Positions 1-9,848 of a stretch of DNA of 64,000 bases are shown in pieces (position 1 is the first letter of the stretch; the number at the start of each line of letters is the position of its first letter). A program made the position numbers and the translations under genes. Source of the stretch: an uncultured Chthonomonadaceae bacterium (GTDB lineage Bacteria > Armatimonadota > Chthonomonadetes > Chthonomonadales > Chthonomonadaceae). The notes below the pieces were generated by a model that was not told the origin of the DNA, made no database searches, and saw only the letters and a list, made by a program, of their open reading frames with translations. The stretch is taken from contig CAWIEK010000001.1 of NCBI GenBank assembly GCA_963835065.1, positions 128,001 through 192,000 on the forward strand, written 5' to 3'.

Positions 1-1044
1 ATGCAAAGCCGTGTCGCTCGCCTCCATAATCAGCCAGGGCGTGCTGCGCCGAACGCTCAAAACCACTTCGCCCCCGGCAGGCGTGGCGCGCAGGGCGCTG
101 GAAAGCAGATGGTACACGACGTGGCGCGCGATATTTTCCGCCATTTCCACCATGCCCAGGTCCTCCGCCAATTGCATCTCAAACCGCACGTTTTTGCGTC
201 CGGCAAGCGGCATCAGAATTTCGTACAGGTGCTGCAGCATGGCCGTGACATTGACGGGGCGGTATTGCAGCGTCAGCTTGCCCGCGCGAATGTGCAGCAG
301 GTCGAGCATGTTGCTGATAATCTCATTGAGGTTCTGCGCCGAGTTTTCGATGTTGCTGACCCGCTCCGCCTGCTGTGGCGTCAGTTCGCCATACGTTTCT
401 TCCAGCAGCAGTTCCGCAAACCCCATGATCGCGGTCAGGGGTGTGCGCAATTCATGCGAGGCATTGCCTAAAAAGCGTTCCGCCAGATGCGCGGTAGCGA
501 ACGTCTGCTCCTGATGCGCCGCGATCTGCTGTTCCAGCCGTATGATTTCAATGTCGGCAACACAGGCCGCAAGGGCTTCCAGCGCGCCATCCACAAAAAC
601 CATATCCGGTTTCGCGTCCGCATTGTCCTCGTCTTCCGTTGCCCGGCGCATTTGCGTGGCAAGCAGCCGAAGCATAGGCCGCAAATCCGCCCACGCGACA
701 GGCAGAGCGACTAATTGCTCGGCGCAGGCGTTCAGGGAATTGCGAAAGCCGTCAAAGGTCGCGGCGTCTTCCGGCCTGGGCAGGTTTGAATCGGGCAGGT
801 AAACGGCATGTCCGTCCTGGGCAGAGTTGCTGGTCACGTTGTCAAGCGGCAGCCGTTGCGCGGCAGGAGGCGCGTTTTCGCGCAGCAGGTTCAGCACCCC
901 CGACAGCGCTTTCCACACCGCTCCATTGACGGCAAGCAGGGCCGGGTCAATATGCTTCCAATGTTTTACAGCCTCGGCCTGCCACAAGCGCAGTATCTCC
1001 GAAGTTTTGTTGTGTGCAATCAGGGGCGATGCGGTCATACGCAT
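1..1044 (-). CDS. Histidine kinase-like protein (HisKA plus degenerate HATPase), 3' end outside the window
   Basis: Translated manually because it is absent from the ORF track (no stop in the window). ATG at 1044 follows AAGGA. H-box FLGNASHELRTPLTAIMGFAELLLEE, then HVVYHLLSSALRATPAGG and ASDTALH. Confidence 0.85.
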   Translation of the reverse strand, partial: MRMTASPLIAHNKTSEILRLWQAEAVKHWKHIDPALLAVNGAVWKALSGVLNLLRENAPPAAQRLPLDNVTSNSAQDGHAVYLPDSNLPRPEDAATFDGFRNSLNACAEQLVALPVAWADLRPMLRLLATQMRRATEDEDNADAKPDMVFVDGALEALAACVADIEIIRLEQQIAAHQEQTFATAHLAERFLGNASHELRTPLTAIMGFAELLLEETYGELTPQQAERVSNIENSAQNLNEIISNMLDLLHIRAGKLTLQYRPVNVTAMLQHLYEILMPLAGRKNVRFEMQLAEDLGMVEMAENIARHVVYHLLSSALRATPAGGEVVLSVRRSTPWLIMEASDTALH

Positions 1045-1067
1045 GATTCCTTGCTGTTTCGACGCGC

Positions 1068-1997
1068 TCAGGGCGTTGCCTTGTCTTTAACGTCTTTGTC
1101 TGGACTGTCTTTGTCTTTGCTGTCGCCGGTTTTATCGGCTTTATCCGCTTTGTTGTCCTTGGGCGCGCGCTTACCCACGCGCGTCAGCACCAGGGCGGTC
1201 AGGTCATTGGCGGAATAAACCAGCGCGGACGTGTCGAAGACATGCGCGACGTTGCGCTCCGCCGCCACTTTGCCGACCGTTTGGCGCAGTTTCGCCATTT
1301 GCGCCCGGCGAAACGCTTCCAGGCGCTCGGCCTGCTGCGCGCGGGCATCGTCCTGCCAGTATGGCAAAATGGAAGCCAGCAACCGGCTCTGCTCCTGCAA
1401 TTGTTTCATCCGCGTTTTGTCTTCGGCTGTCAGCAGGTTGTCGGGCTTGATTTGCAGCTTGTTGAGTTCGTCCTGGCGCTGATCCGAAAGCGCGCGCAGG
1501 GCTTTCTGCCGCGTCTGATCCGCCTCTGTTTTTGTGGCCTTGAAGGTAATCGCGCCGTACTCCTGAAGCTCGTTTTCGTCCAGCATGGATACGGTTTTCA
1601 ATTCTTTCAGGCGTGTGCTGATGTCAACGGCGATTTCATTGGCGCGCTGCGCCAGTTGCTCCGGCCCGCCGCTGGCCGCATAAACCCGATCCATGTCCAC
1701 ACAGGCGATTTGCCCGCTCAACAGGGGGGCTTGCAGATTCTCGCGCTCATTGCCCGCCTGCCGCGCATGGCTCATCAGGCCGCCCGCGCCAATCAGCAGC
1801 GCGCACGACAACACGCCGACATGCAGCCAGAGCGAGTTCTTGAACCTGCCGGCGTGAGCGGGATGGCGCAATTCGGGTAGGGAAGGCGGCGTTGAAATGG
1901 CGGTTTCCTGTTTGGTTGTATCGGAAATTGTTTCCGGTGAAGACGGCAGCGCGTGAGCGGAGTAAACAGCGTTTTGCGCGGATGGGTTACGAAACAT
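1068..1997 (-). CDS. OmpH/Skp-family periplasmic chaperone-like protein
   Basis: Hydrophobic N-terminal segment, IACVDMDRVY strand, long coiled coil, and C-terminal VGKVAAERNVAHVFD...DLTALVL typical of OmpH. Start uncertain. Confidence 0.7.
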   Translation of the reverse strand: MFRNPSAQNAVYSAHALPSSPETISDTTKQETAISTPPSLPELRHPAHAGRFKNSLWLHVGVLSCALLIGAGGLMSHARQAGNERENLQAPLLSGQIACVDMDRVYAASGGPEQLAQRANEIAVDISTRLKELKTVSMLDENELQEYGAITFKATKTEADQTRQKALRALSDQRQDELNKLQIKPDNLLTAEDKTRMKQLQEQSRLLASILPYWQDDARAQQAERLEAFRRAQMAKLRQTVGKVAAERNVAHVFDTSALVYSANDLTALVLTRVGKRAPKDNKADKADKTGDSKDKDSPDKDVKDKATP

Positions 1998-2221
1998 TCG
2001 AGAACACCTTTCCTAAACTTCCGTAACGAACGTGAGACGCGCCAACTCGCGTTCTTGTTCTGTGGATATTTGCACATTTTCTTTGTGATGATCTGTAATG
2101 GATTGCTGGATTGTCAACGTTGTTTCGGCGCAGAACTCTGCGGCATTGCGGCATTTGCATCATTGGCTTGGTGGCATGAGCGTTGTCGGCGCAATGTCTG
2201 CATCCTGAATGTTGCGCGCCT

Positions 2222-2869
2222 TTAGCGCGTGAAGACTCGCCGCCCTTCGATGCGCAATCGCCCCTGCGCAAACAATTGCACCGCGCGCGCATACGCCTGG
2301 TGTTCGCAGGGCAGGATACGCGCCGCAAGCGTTTGCGGCGTATCGTCGTCTTCCACAGGCACGGCAGTTTGCAGTATAATAGGGCCTGTGTCATAATGTT
2401 CATCAACGAAATGCACCGTGCATCCGCTGACCTTCATGCCGCTGTCCAGAACGGCCTGATGGACGTGTTCGCCGTACATGCCTCTGCCGCCGAAAAGCGG
2501 CAGCAGGGCGGGATGCACGTTCATAATGCGCCCGGCATACGCGGTCACAATCGGCGGCGGCAATCGGCGCATGTATCCCGCCAGACATATCAATCCGATG
2601 CCATGCCGCGCCAGTACGCTGTGCAGCGCGTCTGCGTAGCCCGCTTCATCGTCCTGGTACTTGCGCGGCGATACGACGGACGTGGGAACCTGCATGGCGC
2701 GGGCGCGTTCCAGAACCGGCGCGTCACTGCGCGTTGCGATGACGACACCCATACGCGCGGCGATTTCTCCCCCGGCGCAGGCGTCCATCAGCGCCTGGAC
2801 ATTGGTTCCCCGACCCTGCCCCGATACAATCGCGGCAATCGCAAGCGGGGGTGAAACAGCATCGCTCAT
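2222..2869 (-). CDS. purN: Phosphoribosylglycinamide formyltransferase
   Basis: SGQGRGTNVQAL, LICLAGYMR, NVHPALLP.FGG.G, GCTVHFVDEHYDTGPII motifs. Confidence 0.95.
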   Translation of the reverse strand: MSDAVSPPLAIAAIVSGQGRGTNVQALMDACAGGEIAARMGVVIATRSDAPVLERARAMQVPTSVVSPRKYQDDEAGYADALHSVLARHGIGLICLAGYMRRLPPPIVTAYAGRIMNVHPALLPLFGGRGMYGEHVHQAVLDSGMKVSGCTVHFVDEHYDTGPIILQTAVPVEDDDTPQTLAARILPCEHQAYARAVQLFAQGRLRIEGRRVFTR

Positions 2870-2990
2870 ATTCAAGACGAGTCCTTCCTGCACAAACGGC
2901 GCAGCCACAGAACATAATTACGCAAAAGTTCCAAACACATTTTGCCGAGGGGCTGAAAACTCCCGGCGCGTTTGTATCCGGTAGCAAAAC

Positions 2991-3776
2991 ATGACGAACT
3001 TGGACGGGCGAAATCGGCGGCATTTCAAGGGACAGTGGGGTTATTTTGGCCTGGCCCTGCTGATTTCCTGCTTTGGGACGGGATGTGGGCGGGCCATCAA
3101 TCGCACGGCGGAGCGGCGCATACGCGAAGCCCTGCCCGATTTGCTCGGCAACGCCCGCGCCTATCGCGCGCATGTGGAAGGATCGGAAACGCGCACACTA
3201 GGCGGCAATATTGCCCGCGTCACCATTGACGGCGACGACGTAGAACTCAGCAACGGCTTATTGCTCGACCACCTGCATCTGGAACTGGAAGGCGTTCGCT
3301 ACGATACGGGCCACAGGCAGGTGCGTGACGTAAAATCCGCCCGCTTTACCGCAACGGTTTCCGCCAAAAGCGTGGATCAATACCTTGCCGGCGAATCGCC
3401 GCCCGGTGAGCGGATTCGCCAGGCGCGCGTGACGTTCGGCGAAGGCAACCGCGTCACCATTGCCGCCGAGCGCATGACGTTGGGTATCGGCGTCCCGTTT
3501 TCCCTGACCGGCCCGCTGCGCGTGTCCGGCCAAAAACTGGAAATTGATCCCACGCGCCTTGTTGTTGTAGGTATTCCTTTAACGGGGGCGCCCATGCGGT
3601 TTTTGGTGCAGCGCTTCGAGGGCGGCGCGAACCTTTCCGTCCTGCCCTTTCCCGTACAACTGACCGATGTTCACACCCAACCCGGCAGCCTGACCCTGAG
3701 CGGCACAGCCAATGTGACCGCCATTCTCCAGCAGGCGCAGCAAACGCCCACTCGCCCCAAAAATAGCCATAAATAG
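2991..3776 (+). CDS. DUF2993/LmeA-like lipid-binding protein
   Basis: N-terminal TM or lipobox (GTGC), beta-rich body, C-terminal LPFPVQLTDV...LTLSG pattern. Confidence 0.65.
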   Translation: MTNLDGRNRRHFKGQWGYFGLALLISCFGTGCGRAINRTAERRIREALPDLLGNARAYRAHVEGSETRTLGGNIARVTIDGDDVELSNGLLLDHLHLELEGVRYDTGHRQVRDVKSARFTATVSAKSVDQYLAGESPPGERIRQARVTFGEGNRVTIAAERMTLGIGVPFSLTGPLRVSGQKLEIDPTRLVVVGIPLTGAPMRFLVQRFEGGANLSVLPFPVQLTDVHTQPGSLTLSGTANVTAILQQAQQTPTRPKNSHK

Positions 3777-3777
3777 C

Positions 3778-4872
3778 ATGGATACGCCGACGCCAACAAC
3801 CGAATACGCCGAATGGGAAGCAACGCTTGCCGAGATCGCGCAGCCCGGACGCATGGAAACGACGCTGATATTAGGCGGCATGGACGTAGGGAAAACCACG
3901 TTTACGCGGCTGCTGGTCAACCGGCTTACCGCACACGGGCAGCGCGTCGCCATTGTGGATGGCGATTTGGGGCAGTCCGAGATCGGCCCGCCGACGTGCG
4001 TCGGGCTGGCCTTTGTGGAGCGTCCCGTACTCGCGCTGTCCGACCTGCCCGCCCACGCGCTGGCGTTTGTCGGCAGCACGTCGCCCGTCGGCCATCTGCT
4101 CGATCACGTCGCGGCTGTGCGCCGCCTGGCGGATCAGGCGAACGGGTATCCCCTTGTTGTGGACACCAGCGGGTTTCTATTCGGGTCGGGCGCGCGAAAA
4201 TTAAACCAGATCGAATTTGACCTGCTGACGCCGGCGCATGTCGTAGCCTTGCAGCGGCAGGGGGAACTGGAAGGCATCCTCGCGCCCATGCGCAGGCGTC
4301 ACGGCGTTCGCATCCACGCGCCCGCCATTCCCGCCTGCATCGGCAAAAAGCCGTCCGCGTTTCGCGCGCAGCGACGGGCTATGCGCTTCGCCTCTTATTT
4401 TCAAAACGCCCATCTGCACACTTATAGCTTTGATGACATCGCGTTTGTCGGGGCATGGCTTGGAAGCGGCGTCCCGGTTGCTCCGCATCTGCTGAAGTAT
4501 CTGAACCAGACGCTGCAATCCCGCGCCCGCGTGTATTACGGCGAAACATCGGATCGGCAATTAAATCTGATGGTCAGCCATGCCATTCCGCAGGACGCGC
4601 CGCAGTTGGGACTGGCGCAGCAAACCTTTCGCGCGCAAAGCATCGGCCTGACCGTCGCGCCGCGCCTGCGCCACCTGATGCTCGGCCTGGAAGGAGCAAA
4701 CGGCAAGCTGCTTGGCCTGGGCCTGCTGGAAGCCATTGATTTTCGGCGGCGCGCGTTGGGAGTGCTGACGCCTGTACGCGCGCCGGGCGCTGCCTGTATC
4801 GTCCGCATGGGCAGCCTGCGCGTCCAGCCGGACGGAACGGAAACCGGCGCGCTGAAACCCGGCGAACTATAA
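3778..4872 (+). CDS. Clp1/Grc3/Nol9-family polynucleotide 5'-hydroxyl kinase
   Basis: Walker A GGMDVGKTT, DGDLGQSEIGPP signature, VVDTSG, lid RAQRRAMRFASYF, C-terminal LGL..G.LLGLG. Confidence 0.85.
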   Translation: MDTPTPTTEYAEWEATLAEIAQPGRMETTLILGGMDVGKTTFTRLLVNRLTAHGQRVAIVDGDLGQSEIGPPTCVGLAFVERPVLALSDLPAHALAFVGSTSPVGHLLDHVAAVRRLADQANGYPLVVDTSGFLFGSGARKLNQIEFDLLTPAHVVALQRQGELEGILAPMRRRHGVRIHAPAIPACIGKKPSAFRAQRRAMRFASYFQNAHLHTYSFDDIAFVGAWLGSGVPVAPHLLKYLNQTLQSRARVYYGETSDRQLNLMVSHAIPQDAPQLGLAQQTFRAQSIGLTVAPRLRHLMLGLEGANGKLLGLGLLEAIDFRRRALGVLTPVRAPGAACIVRMGSLRVQPDGTETGALKPGEL

Positions 4873-4899
4873 ACATTGGCAGAAATCTAATCAGCACAA

Positions 4900-4960
4900 C
4901 GCGGGCATCTTATTTTTCCGGCTGCGGCGAAAACAGCCGGGAAGAAATAAGATGCCCGCG
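4900..4960. terminator. Hairpin between convergent genes (probable bidirectional terminator)
   Basis: CGCGGGCATCTTATTT...AAATAAGATGCCCGCG inverted repeat. Confidence 0.75.
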
Positions 4961-5099
4961 CATAATTTTAGAAACAGGCACTTAACCGAAACGCTCAATG
5001 GAAATCATTGTGTCGGCAAGCGCGCGGCTAAACGAAGGGGCGCTGAAAGTTCGTAGTTCCTGCCTCTCTATCAACTTCGAACTATCAACTCTCAACTGC

Positions 5100-6029
5100 T
5101 TAATCCGCTCTGCCTTTGCCGGCGCTGCCCCCGCCGCCACCGGAAGTGGAAAGCCCCGGACGCTGACGACCACCGCTACCCCCGCCGCTGTTGGGAACAC
5201 CGGGAGCGCCCAGTCCGCCGCCGCCTGCGGAACCGCTGGAGTTGGTGTCAATCAAGTGGGGAGCCTGGTTTTCGCGCAGGAACACTGCGATGGCGACCAC
5301 TTTGCCATTGAGCAAGCTGATCTGAGCGTGGTGGCGGATGTTGTAGTTCAGTACAAGGTTGGTAGACTGCTTATCTACGGTATCCGGCCATCCATACGTG
5401 CCGTACACTTTGGCTGCCGAGTCTCCTAAATGAATACCGCGCTCGGTAGGCTGGCCCTTGAAACGCCCGCGTTCCCACACGGACACACAGCGCTCATCGC
5501 CATTAAAGGCAAAGCAATAGGCTAGTTCGTCACGCGGGTAAAGATAAACCCATATGAAGCCGCCCGACTCGGCAAAGGTAACAGGCTTGTCGCTGGACCC
5601 GGACGCGCCGCCAAGCGCAGAACCGCCCCCACCGGGCGCGCCCAGCCCCCCGCCGCCCTTGCTGGGGGGAGGAGCCAGCAGACCGCCCCCCGGACTGCCG
5701 CCACTGCTCGGCACACCTGGCCCGCCCAGGCCACCACCCACGCCGCCGCCACCGCCGCCGCTGCTCGCATCCGCCATGCCTGTAACTCCGCCCGTTTCCT
5801 TGCCACTGGCATCCATGGCAAAAATGAAGTTCACGGACTCATCGGCGCGATAAACGCGCGACGGCTGCCCATACAATTGCAGGACGCGCTTGTAGCTTTG
5901 CAGCAGGCGCACCCCCAGCAATTCTTTGTCAATCACGCCGACGCGGGCATTTGCGCGTGGAGCCGGAATCCACGCCAGCAAACCGCCCGTGATGCACAGA
6001 CTACACAGCCCGGCTACTCCCTTACGCAT
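5100..6029 (-). CDS. Exported glycine-rich hypothetical protein (paralog of 6076-6966)
   Basis: Signal peptide, LLGVRLL..YK.VL..YGQP, Gly-rich linker, T.RGIHLG...YGWP. Confidence 0.8.
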   Translation of the reverse strand: MRKGVAGLCSLCITGGLLAWIPAPRANARVGVIDKELLGVRLLQSYKRVLQLYGQPSRVYRADESVNFIFAMDASGKETGGVTGMADASSGGGGGGVGGGLGGPGVPSSGGSPGGGLLAPPPSKGGGGLGAPGGGGSALGGASGSSDKPVTFAESGGFIWVYLYPRDELAYCFAFNGDERCVSVWERGRFKGQPTERGIHLGDSAAKVYGTYGWPDTVDKQSTNLVLNYNIRHHAQISLLNGKVVAIAVFLRENQAPHLIDTNSSGSAGGGGLGAPGVPNSGGGSGGRQRPGLSTSGGGGGSAGKGRAD

Positions 6030-6075
6030 TCTTCACTCCTTCGCTTCGAGTGTTTCGGTTCGAGTGTCCTGTCAG

Positions 6076-6966
6076 TTATTTCACAATGCCAATGGTGATG
6101 CCGACGATCTCATTGTGCAGGCTCTGGAACGCAACCCGTTCTTTGCCCGCGCCGTAGCGCAGCACCACGTATTCGCCGACATGTTCCCCGTCGTTGCTCC
6201 AGCCATAATTCTTCAGCACCGCGCCCAGCTGCATTCCCAGCGTAATGCCCTGCGCCGTAACCGCTGCGGGCATGTTTTTGGCGACGGGCGTATTCGGGCG
6301 CGGGCGGAAGCCATGCGCCTGAATTTGGATGACGCGGCCCTGCTTGTTGAACAAAAACGCATAGAATCGGCCCTGCTGCGGATACTTGTACCACCAGACA
6401 GTTTCTTCGCTCGGCCCGGTGGATTCGCCGCCACTGCCCGGAATGATGGGCAGGCCACCGTTCGCGCTCCCGCCCGATGCCCCGCCACCCGGAGCGCCGC
6501 CACTGCCGGGAAATCCCCCGCTGCCGCCCGGTCCCCCGCTGCCGGGAAACCCGCCACTGCCACCGGGACCACCACTGCCAGGACCGAAACCGGGCAAGGC
6601 AGGACCGAAACCACCGCCGGGACCGCCACTGCGGGGTGAGCCGCCGCTGCCGGGAAATCCGCCGCTGCCGCCGGGTCCTCCGCTGCCGGGAGGTCCCAAT
6701 AATCCGCCGCCGCCGCCCGGACCCAGTCCGCCGCCGCCGGGAGCGCCGCCGCTGTCAGCCTCGCCGGGAATCGGCATCCCCACCTGAATCTCGGCAGGCT
6801 GCCCAAAGCGGCGCAGCACATCTTTGTAGGTACTCAGCAATTGGACGCCGATCAGACTGTTTTCCGGCTTGGTTGTCCGGGGCGGCGCGGCGCTTGTACT
6901 TAAAACGGATATGGAGGCCATCACGCCGATCCCGGCAATGACAGCGGCAGGACGCCGTATGTGCAT
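6076..6966 (-). CDS. Exported glycine/proline-rich hypothetical protein (paralog of 5100-6029)
   Basis: Signal peptide, LIGVQLL..YKDVL..FGQP, GGPGGSGGFPGS repeats, TAQGITLG...YGWS. Confidence 0.8.
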   Translation of the reverse strand: MHIRRPAAVIAGIGVMASISVLSTSAAPPRTTKPENSLIGVQLLSTYKDVLRRFGQPAEIQVGMPIPGEADSGGAPGGGGLGPGGGGGLLGPPGSGGPGGSGGFPGSGGSPRSGGPGGGFGPALPGFGPGSGGPGGSGGFPGSGGPGGSGGFPGSGGAPGGGASGGSANGGLPIIPGSGGESTGPSEETVWWYKYPQQGRFYAFLFNKQGRVIQIQAHGFRPRPNTPVAKNMPAAVTAQGITLGMQLGAVLKNYGWSNDGEHVGEYVVLRYGAGKERVAFQSLHNEIVGITIGIVK

Positions 6967-7168
6967 GTTAAATTCCCTTCTGGAGTGTGGGTATTCAGGT
7001 ATTCAGGTTTTCGGTGTTCAGGAATTGGGCTTATATCTTGTATCTACATTATTCCCTGTTCGCTGCCGCAAAGCAAAATTCCTCTAAAGCCAAACGTTTT
7101 ACGTCAAAACTACGCAATCCCTCTCAACCGCTTCCGCACTTCTCTAATATCTAATGCCTGATGCCTTC

Positions 7169-9118
7169 TTACTCCGTGTGTCGTGTGCGCGCATACGCGG
7201 CGGCGGCGCGGCGGGCGGCTTCGCGGGAAGCGGCCAAACGGCGAGCGAGGGCGTCTACGGTCGCAAACGCATAGCCGCGCCGCCGCAGCTCGCGGATAAT
7301 GGTCGGCAGGGCTTGCAGTGTGCTTAGTTTGCCGTTGTGCATCAAAATCACCGAGCCGGGCCTGACCTGCGCCAGAACCGCGTCGGCAACCTGCTGCGCC
7401 CCGATGACTTCCGAACCGTAAACGTCTACCGTCCACATGCAAGGCGTGACGCCCCACGCGCGCACGATGCCTGCTACCGTGCCGTTCCAGTTGCCGCCGG
7501 GCGGACGCAGGTAGCGGGGCGTTTTGCCGGTCACAGCCTGCACTGCCGTTTGGGTCTGCATCACTTCACGGGCTATGGCCTCCGGCGACAATTTGGTCAG
7601 GTTCGGGTGCGTGTAACTGTGGTTGGCGATTTCCATGCCTGCCGCGTCCAGTTGGCGCGTCAGGTCGGGATATTCCATCACATGCCGCCCGATGACAAAA
7701 AACGTGGCGGGAACCTGCAGGCGCGTCAGCAGATCGAGCAGCGGTTCCGTGACGCCGGGTTTGGGGCCGTCATCGAACGTGAGCGCGATCACTTTTTCAT
7801 CGGGCAGTCCACCCCACATCGCTTCGCCGCCCGGCGTTATGCCGCCGCAGGAAATCAGGCCGCGCCGGGCATCCGGGCTGTCGGGACGAACCGCGCAGGC
7901 GCGGGCAAACCAGTGCCGCGCCGCGTCCGTACTGCCCAATCGCTGCTGCGCCACGCCCAGGGTATACGCGCATGCAAAACGATCCGGGCGCAGGGTCAAC
8001 ATTTGCCACATCTGCCCGCGCAGCCGCGCAATTCTATCGGAGTCAACGCCCGCTCCGCTTTGCGGGTTGGACGCGCGGATGCGCCGCGTCACGCGCCGCA
8101 TTTCTACCGCCTGGTTGTCGTACAGCAGGATGGACAGCGTATGCCAGCCATTCGGAACCGCGCGGGTATCGAGATTCAGGGCAAACGGGCGCGTGTTGAC
8201 CAGGCCAAGCGAGCGCCCGTCCAGTTCATACGCCACATACGCCACGCTCGGAATGACATCTTCGGGCGCGACTTCCACCACGCCACTCAGTCCCTTTTGC
8301 GCGGGCAGGGGAGCGGCCAGGCCATTCACGACCACGTTTTTGGGCAGCGGCTTCGCCCCCGAATCGAGGGCATGCGCGGCTTCAAAGGTCATTAATATGC
8401 CGCTCGGCTCCACAATGGAATCGCCCGCAAGCATCGCCTGCGCCTGCTCCATTTCGTCCGAAGCGCGCCGCGCATCGCCCTGCTGCATGGCGTTCAATCC
8501 GGCAAGCGCGTGAACGGCAGGGGCCATTGCGTCGGGAAACCCGGAGGAGGACAGCGCCACCTGCGCGCCCCCAAGCCATTGCGCGTACCGCCGCGCCAGT
8601 AGTAAATACGATTTGTCGCCGCCGCTCCGCTCCGATTTGGCAAACCAGTTCAGCGCTCCGGTTCGGTCTCCCCCCGCAAGCTGCGCCAGTCCCAATCCGT
8701 ACTGCGCAAGGGCGTCGTCGGGATCGCCGACAAGCGCGTTTTGAAATGCAACGCGGGCATGGCCGCCGTCGCCCGTATTGAGCAGCAGCGCGCCTGCAAG
8801 AATGGATGCGTTGGCGTCACCGGGCGCGTCTTTGAGGGCGCGATTGGCCTGCTGCGCCGCCCCGACCCAATCCCCTTTGCCCGCTTTGGCAAGGGCGTTT
8901 TCCGCAAGCGCGAGCGGCGTCACGTCTTTACCCGCGCCGTCGCCAACCGAAACGCCGGCAGACAGGGGCGAAGCGGCCAATCCCAAAACACCACCCACAA
9001 GCAAAGCGCTCAATGCCACAGAATGAAACTTCCGCAGCCGGGAAAACCCTTGTTTACACGATTGTTGACGCGAGAAACAAATTCGGTTCCGCACAGAAAA
9101 AACGGTTTGTCTTGCCAT
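7169..9118 (-). CDS. TPR-containing polysaccharide deacetylase (NodB/CE4)
   Basis: TFDDGP, NHSYTH, RPPGG, LMH motifs at the C-terminus; N-terminal signal and TPR-like helices. Start uncertain. Confidence 0.85.
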   Translation of the reverse strand: MARQTVFSVRNRICFSRQQSCKQGFSRLRKFHSVALSALLVGGVLGLAASPLSAGVSVGDGAGKDVTPLALAENALAKAGKGDWVGAAQQANRALKDAPGDANASILAGALLLNTGDGGHARVAFQNALVGDPDDALAQYGLGLAQLAGGDRTGALNWFAKSERSGGDKSYLLLARRYAQWLGGAQVALSSSGFPDAMAPAVHALAGLNAMQQGDARRASDEMEQAQAMLAGDSIVEPSGILMTFEAAHALDSGAKPLPKNVVVNGLAAPLPAQKGLSGVVEVAPEDVIPSVAYVAYELDGRSLGLVNTRPFALNLDTRAVPNGWHTLSILLYDNQAVEMRRVTRRIRASNPQSGAGVDSDRIARLRGQMWQMLTLRPDRFACAYTLGVAQQRLGSTDAARHWFARACAVRPDSPDARRGLISCGGITPGGEAMWGGLPDEKVIALTFDDGPKPGVTEPLLDLLTRLQVPATFFVIGRHVMEYPDLTRQLDAAGMEIANHSYTHPNLTKLSPEAIAREVMQTQTAVQAVTGKTPRYLRPPGGNWNGTVAGIVRAWGVTPCMWTVDVYGSEVIGAQQVADAVLAQVRPGSVILMHNGKLSTLQALPTIIRELRRRGYAFATVDALARRLAASREAARRAAAAYARTRHTE

Positions 9119-9239
9119 ATTACTTGATAAAACTCAATCTTCCAATGGTTATGTCGGGAGTTTGGCGAAAAAGGTTCACAGAGATCGGTGTTCAGGTATT
9201 TGCAAGCACCCATATTCGCCAAACGTATTAAATACCATG

Positions 9240-9273
9240 ACCTGAACACCTGAATACCTGAATACCTGAACAC
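9240..9273. repeat. 8-bp short tandem repeat (ACCTGAAT/C)
   Basis: acctgaacacctgaatacctgaatacctgaacac; the complementary form lies at about 6990-7022. Confidence 0.8.
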
Positions 9274-9278
9274 CGGAT

Positions 9279-9848
9279 TTAGGGTCGCGCATCCCGCAAA
9301 TTATCGTCTATGGCGATGAGGAGGCTGACGGTTTGCGCAAGTTCCACATCGAAGGATGAGGCTTGAGCGCCTGATTTTGCCTTTGTTTTGGCAGCGTATT
9401 GAGTATGTTCCCACGCGGCTTTGGTATGCGCGACACGAGCGGGAAATAATTGGAGCGCGTGAACGGTACGCTGCCACAGGGCGCGATTGGGCGCGTCGGT
9501 ATCGCGCAGCGCGGGCAGGCGTTGTCCCGGCTGCGTTGCTTCCACGCTGCGGGCAAGCAAATTCAGGTAGCGCTCGATGCGCGTTTTATAATGGGTCGGC
9601 GTTTCCCCTTGCAGCGGCAGCGCAATGCGGCGCAGATAGATATTCAGGTCTTCGCCCGGGTGACGCAGGCCGGCATTGTCAATCAGGGCGGAGCGCGCGT
9701 CTTCCACGCCTGCGGCCATAACATTAATGTCGCGCTGCGTGAGGGATGTGGGCGCAGCCTGCGCATGGGATAAGACCATTGCGAAACCTATCAAAGAAGA
9801 AAACAGCAGGCAGCGCGTAAATAAATCTGCTTTGTTTCGTTGGAACAT
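9279..9848 (-). CDS. Exported hypothetical protein
   Basis: ATG at 9848 after GAGGAAG; signal peptide ending AQA; helical body. Confidence 0.7.
   Translation of the reverse strand: MFQRNKADLFTRCLLFSSLIGFAMVLSHAQAAPTSLTQRDINVMAAGVEDARSALIDNAGLRHPGEDLNIYLRRIALPLQGETPTHYKTRIERYLNLLARSVEATQPGQRLPALRDTDAPNRALWQRTVHALQLFPARVAHTKAAWEHTQYAAKTKAKSGAQASSFDVELAQTVSLLIAIDDNLRDARP

Noticed and set aside
6386..6787. Collagen/formin-like Pro-rich ORF
   Set aside because: It is the reverse complement of the Gly-rich coding repeat.
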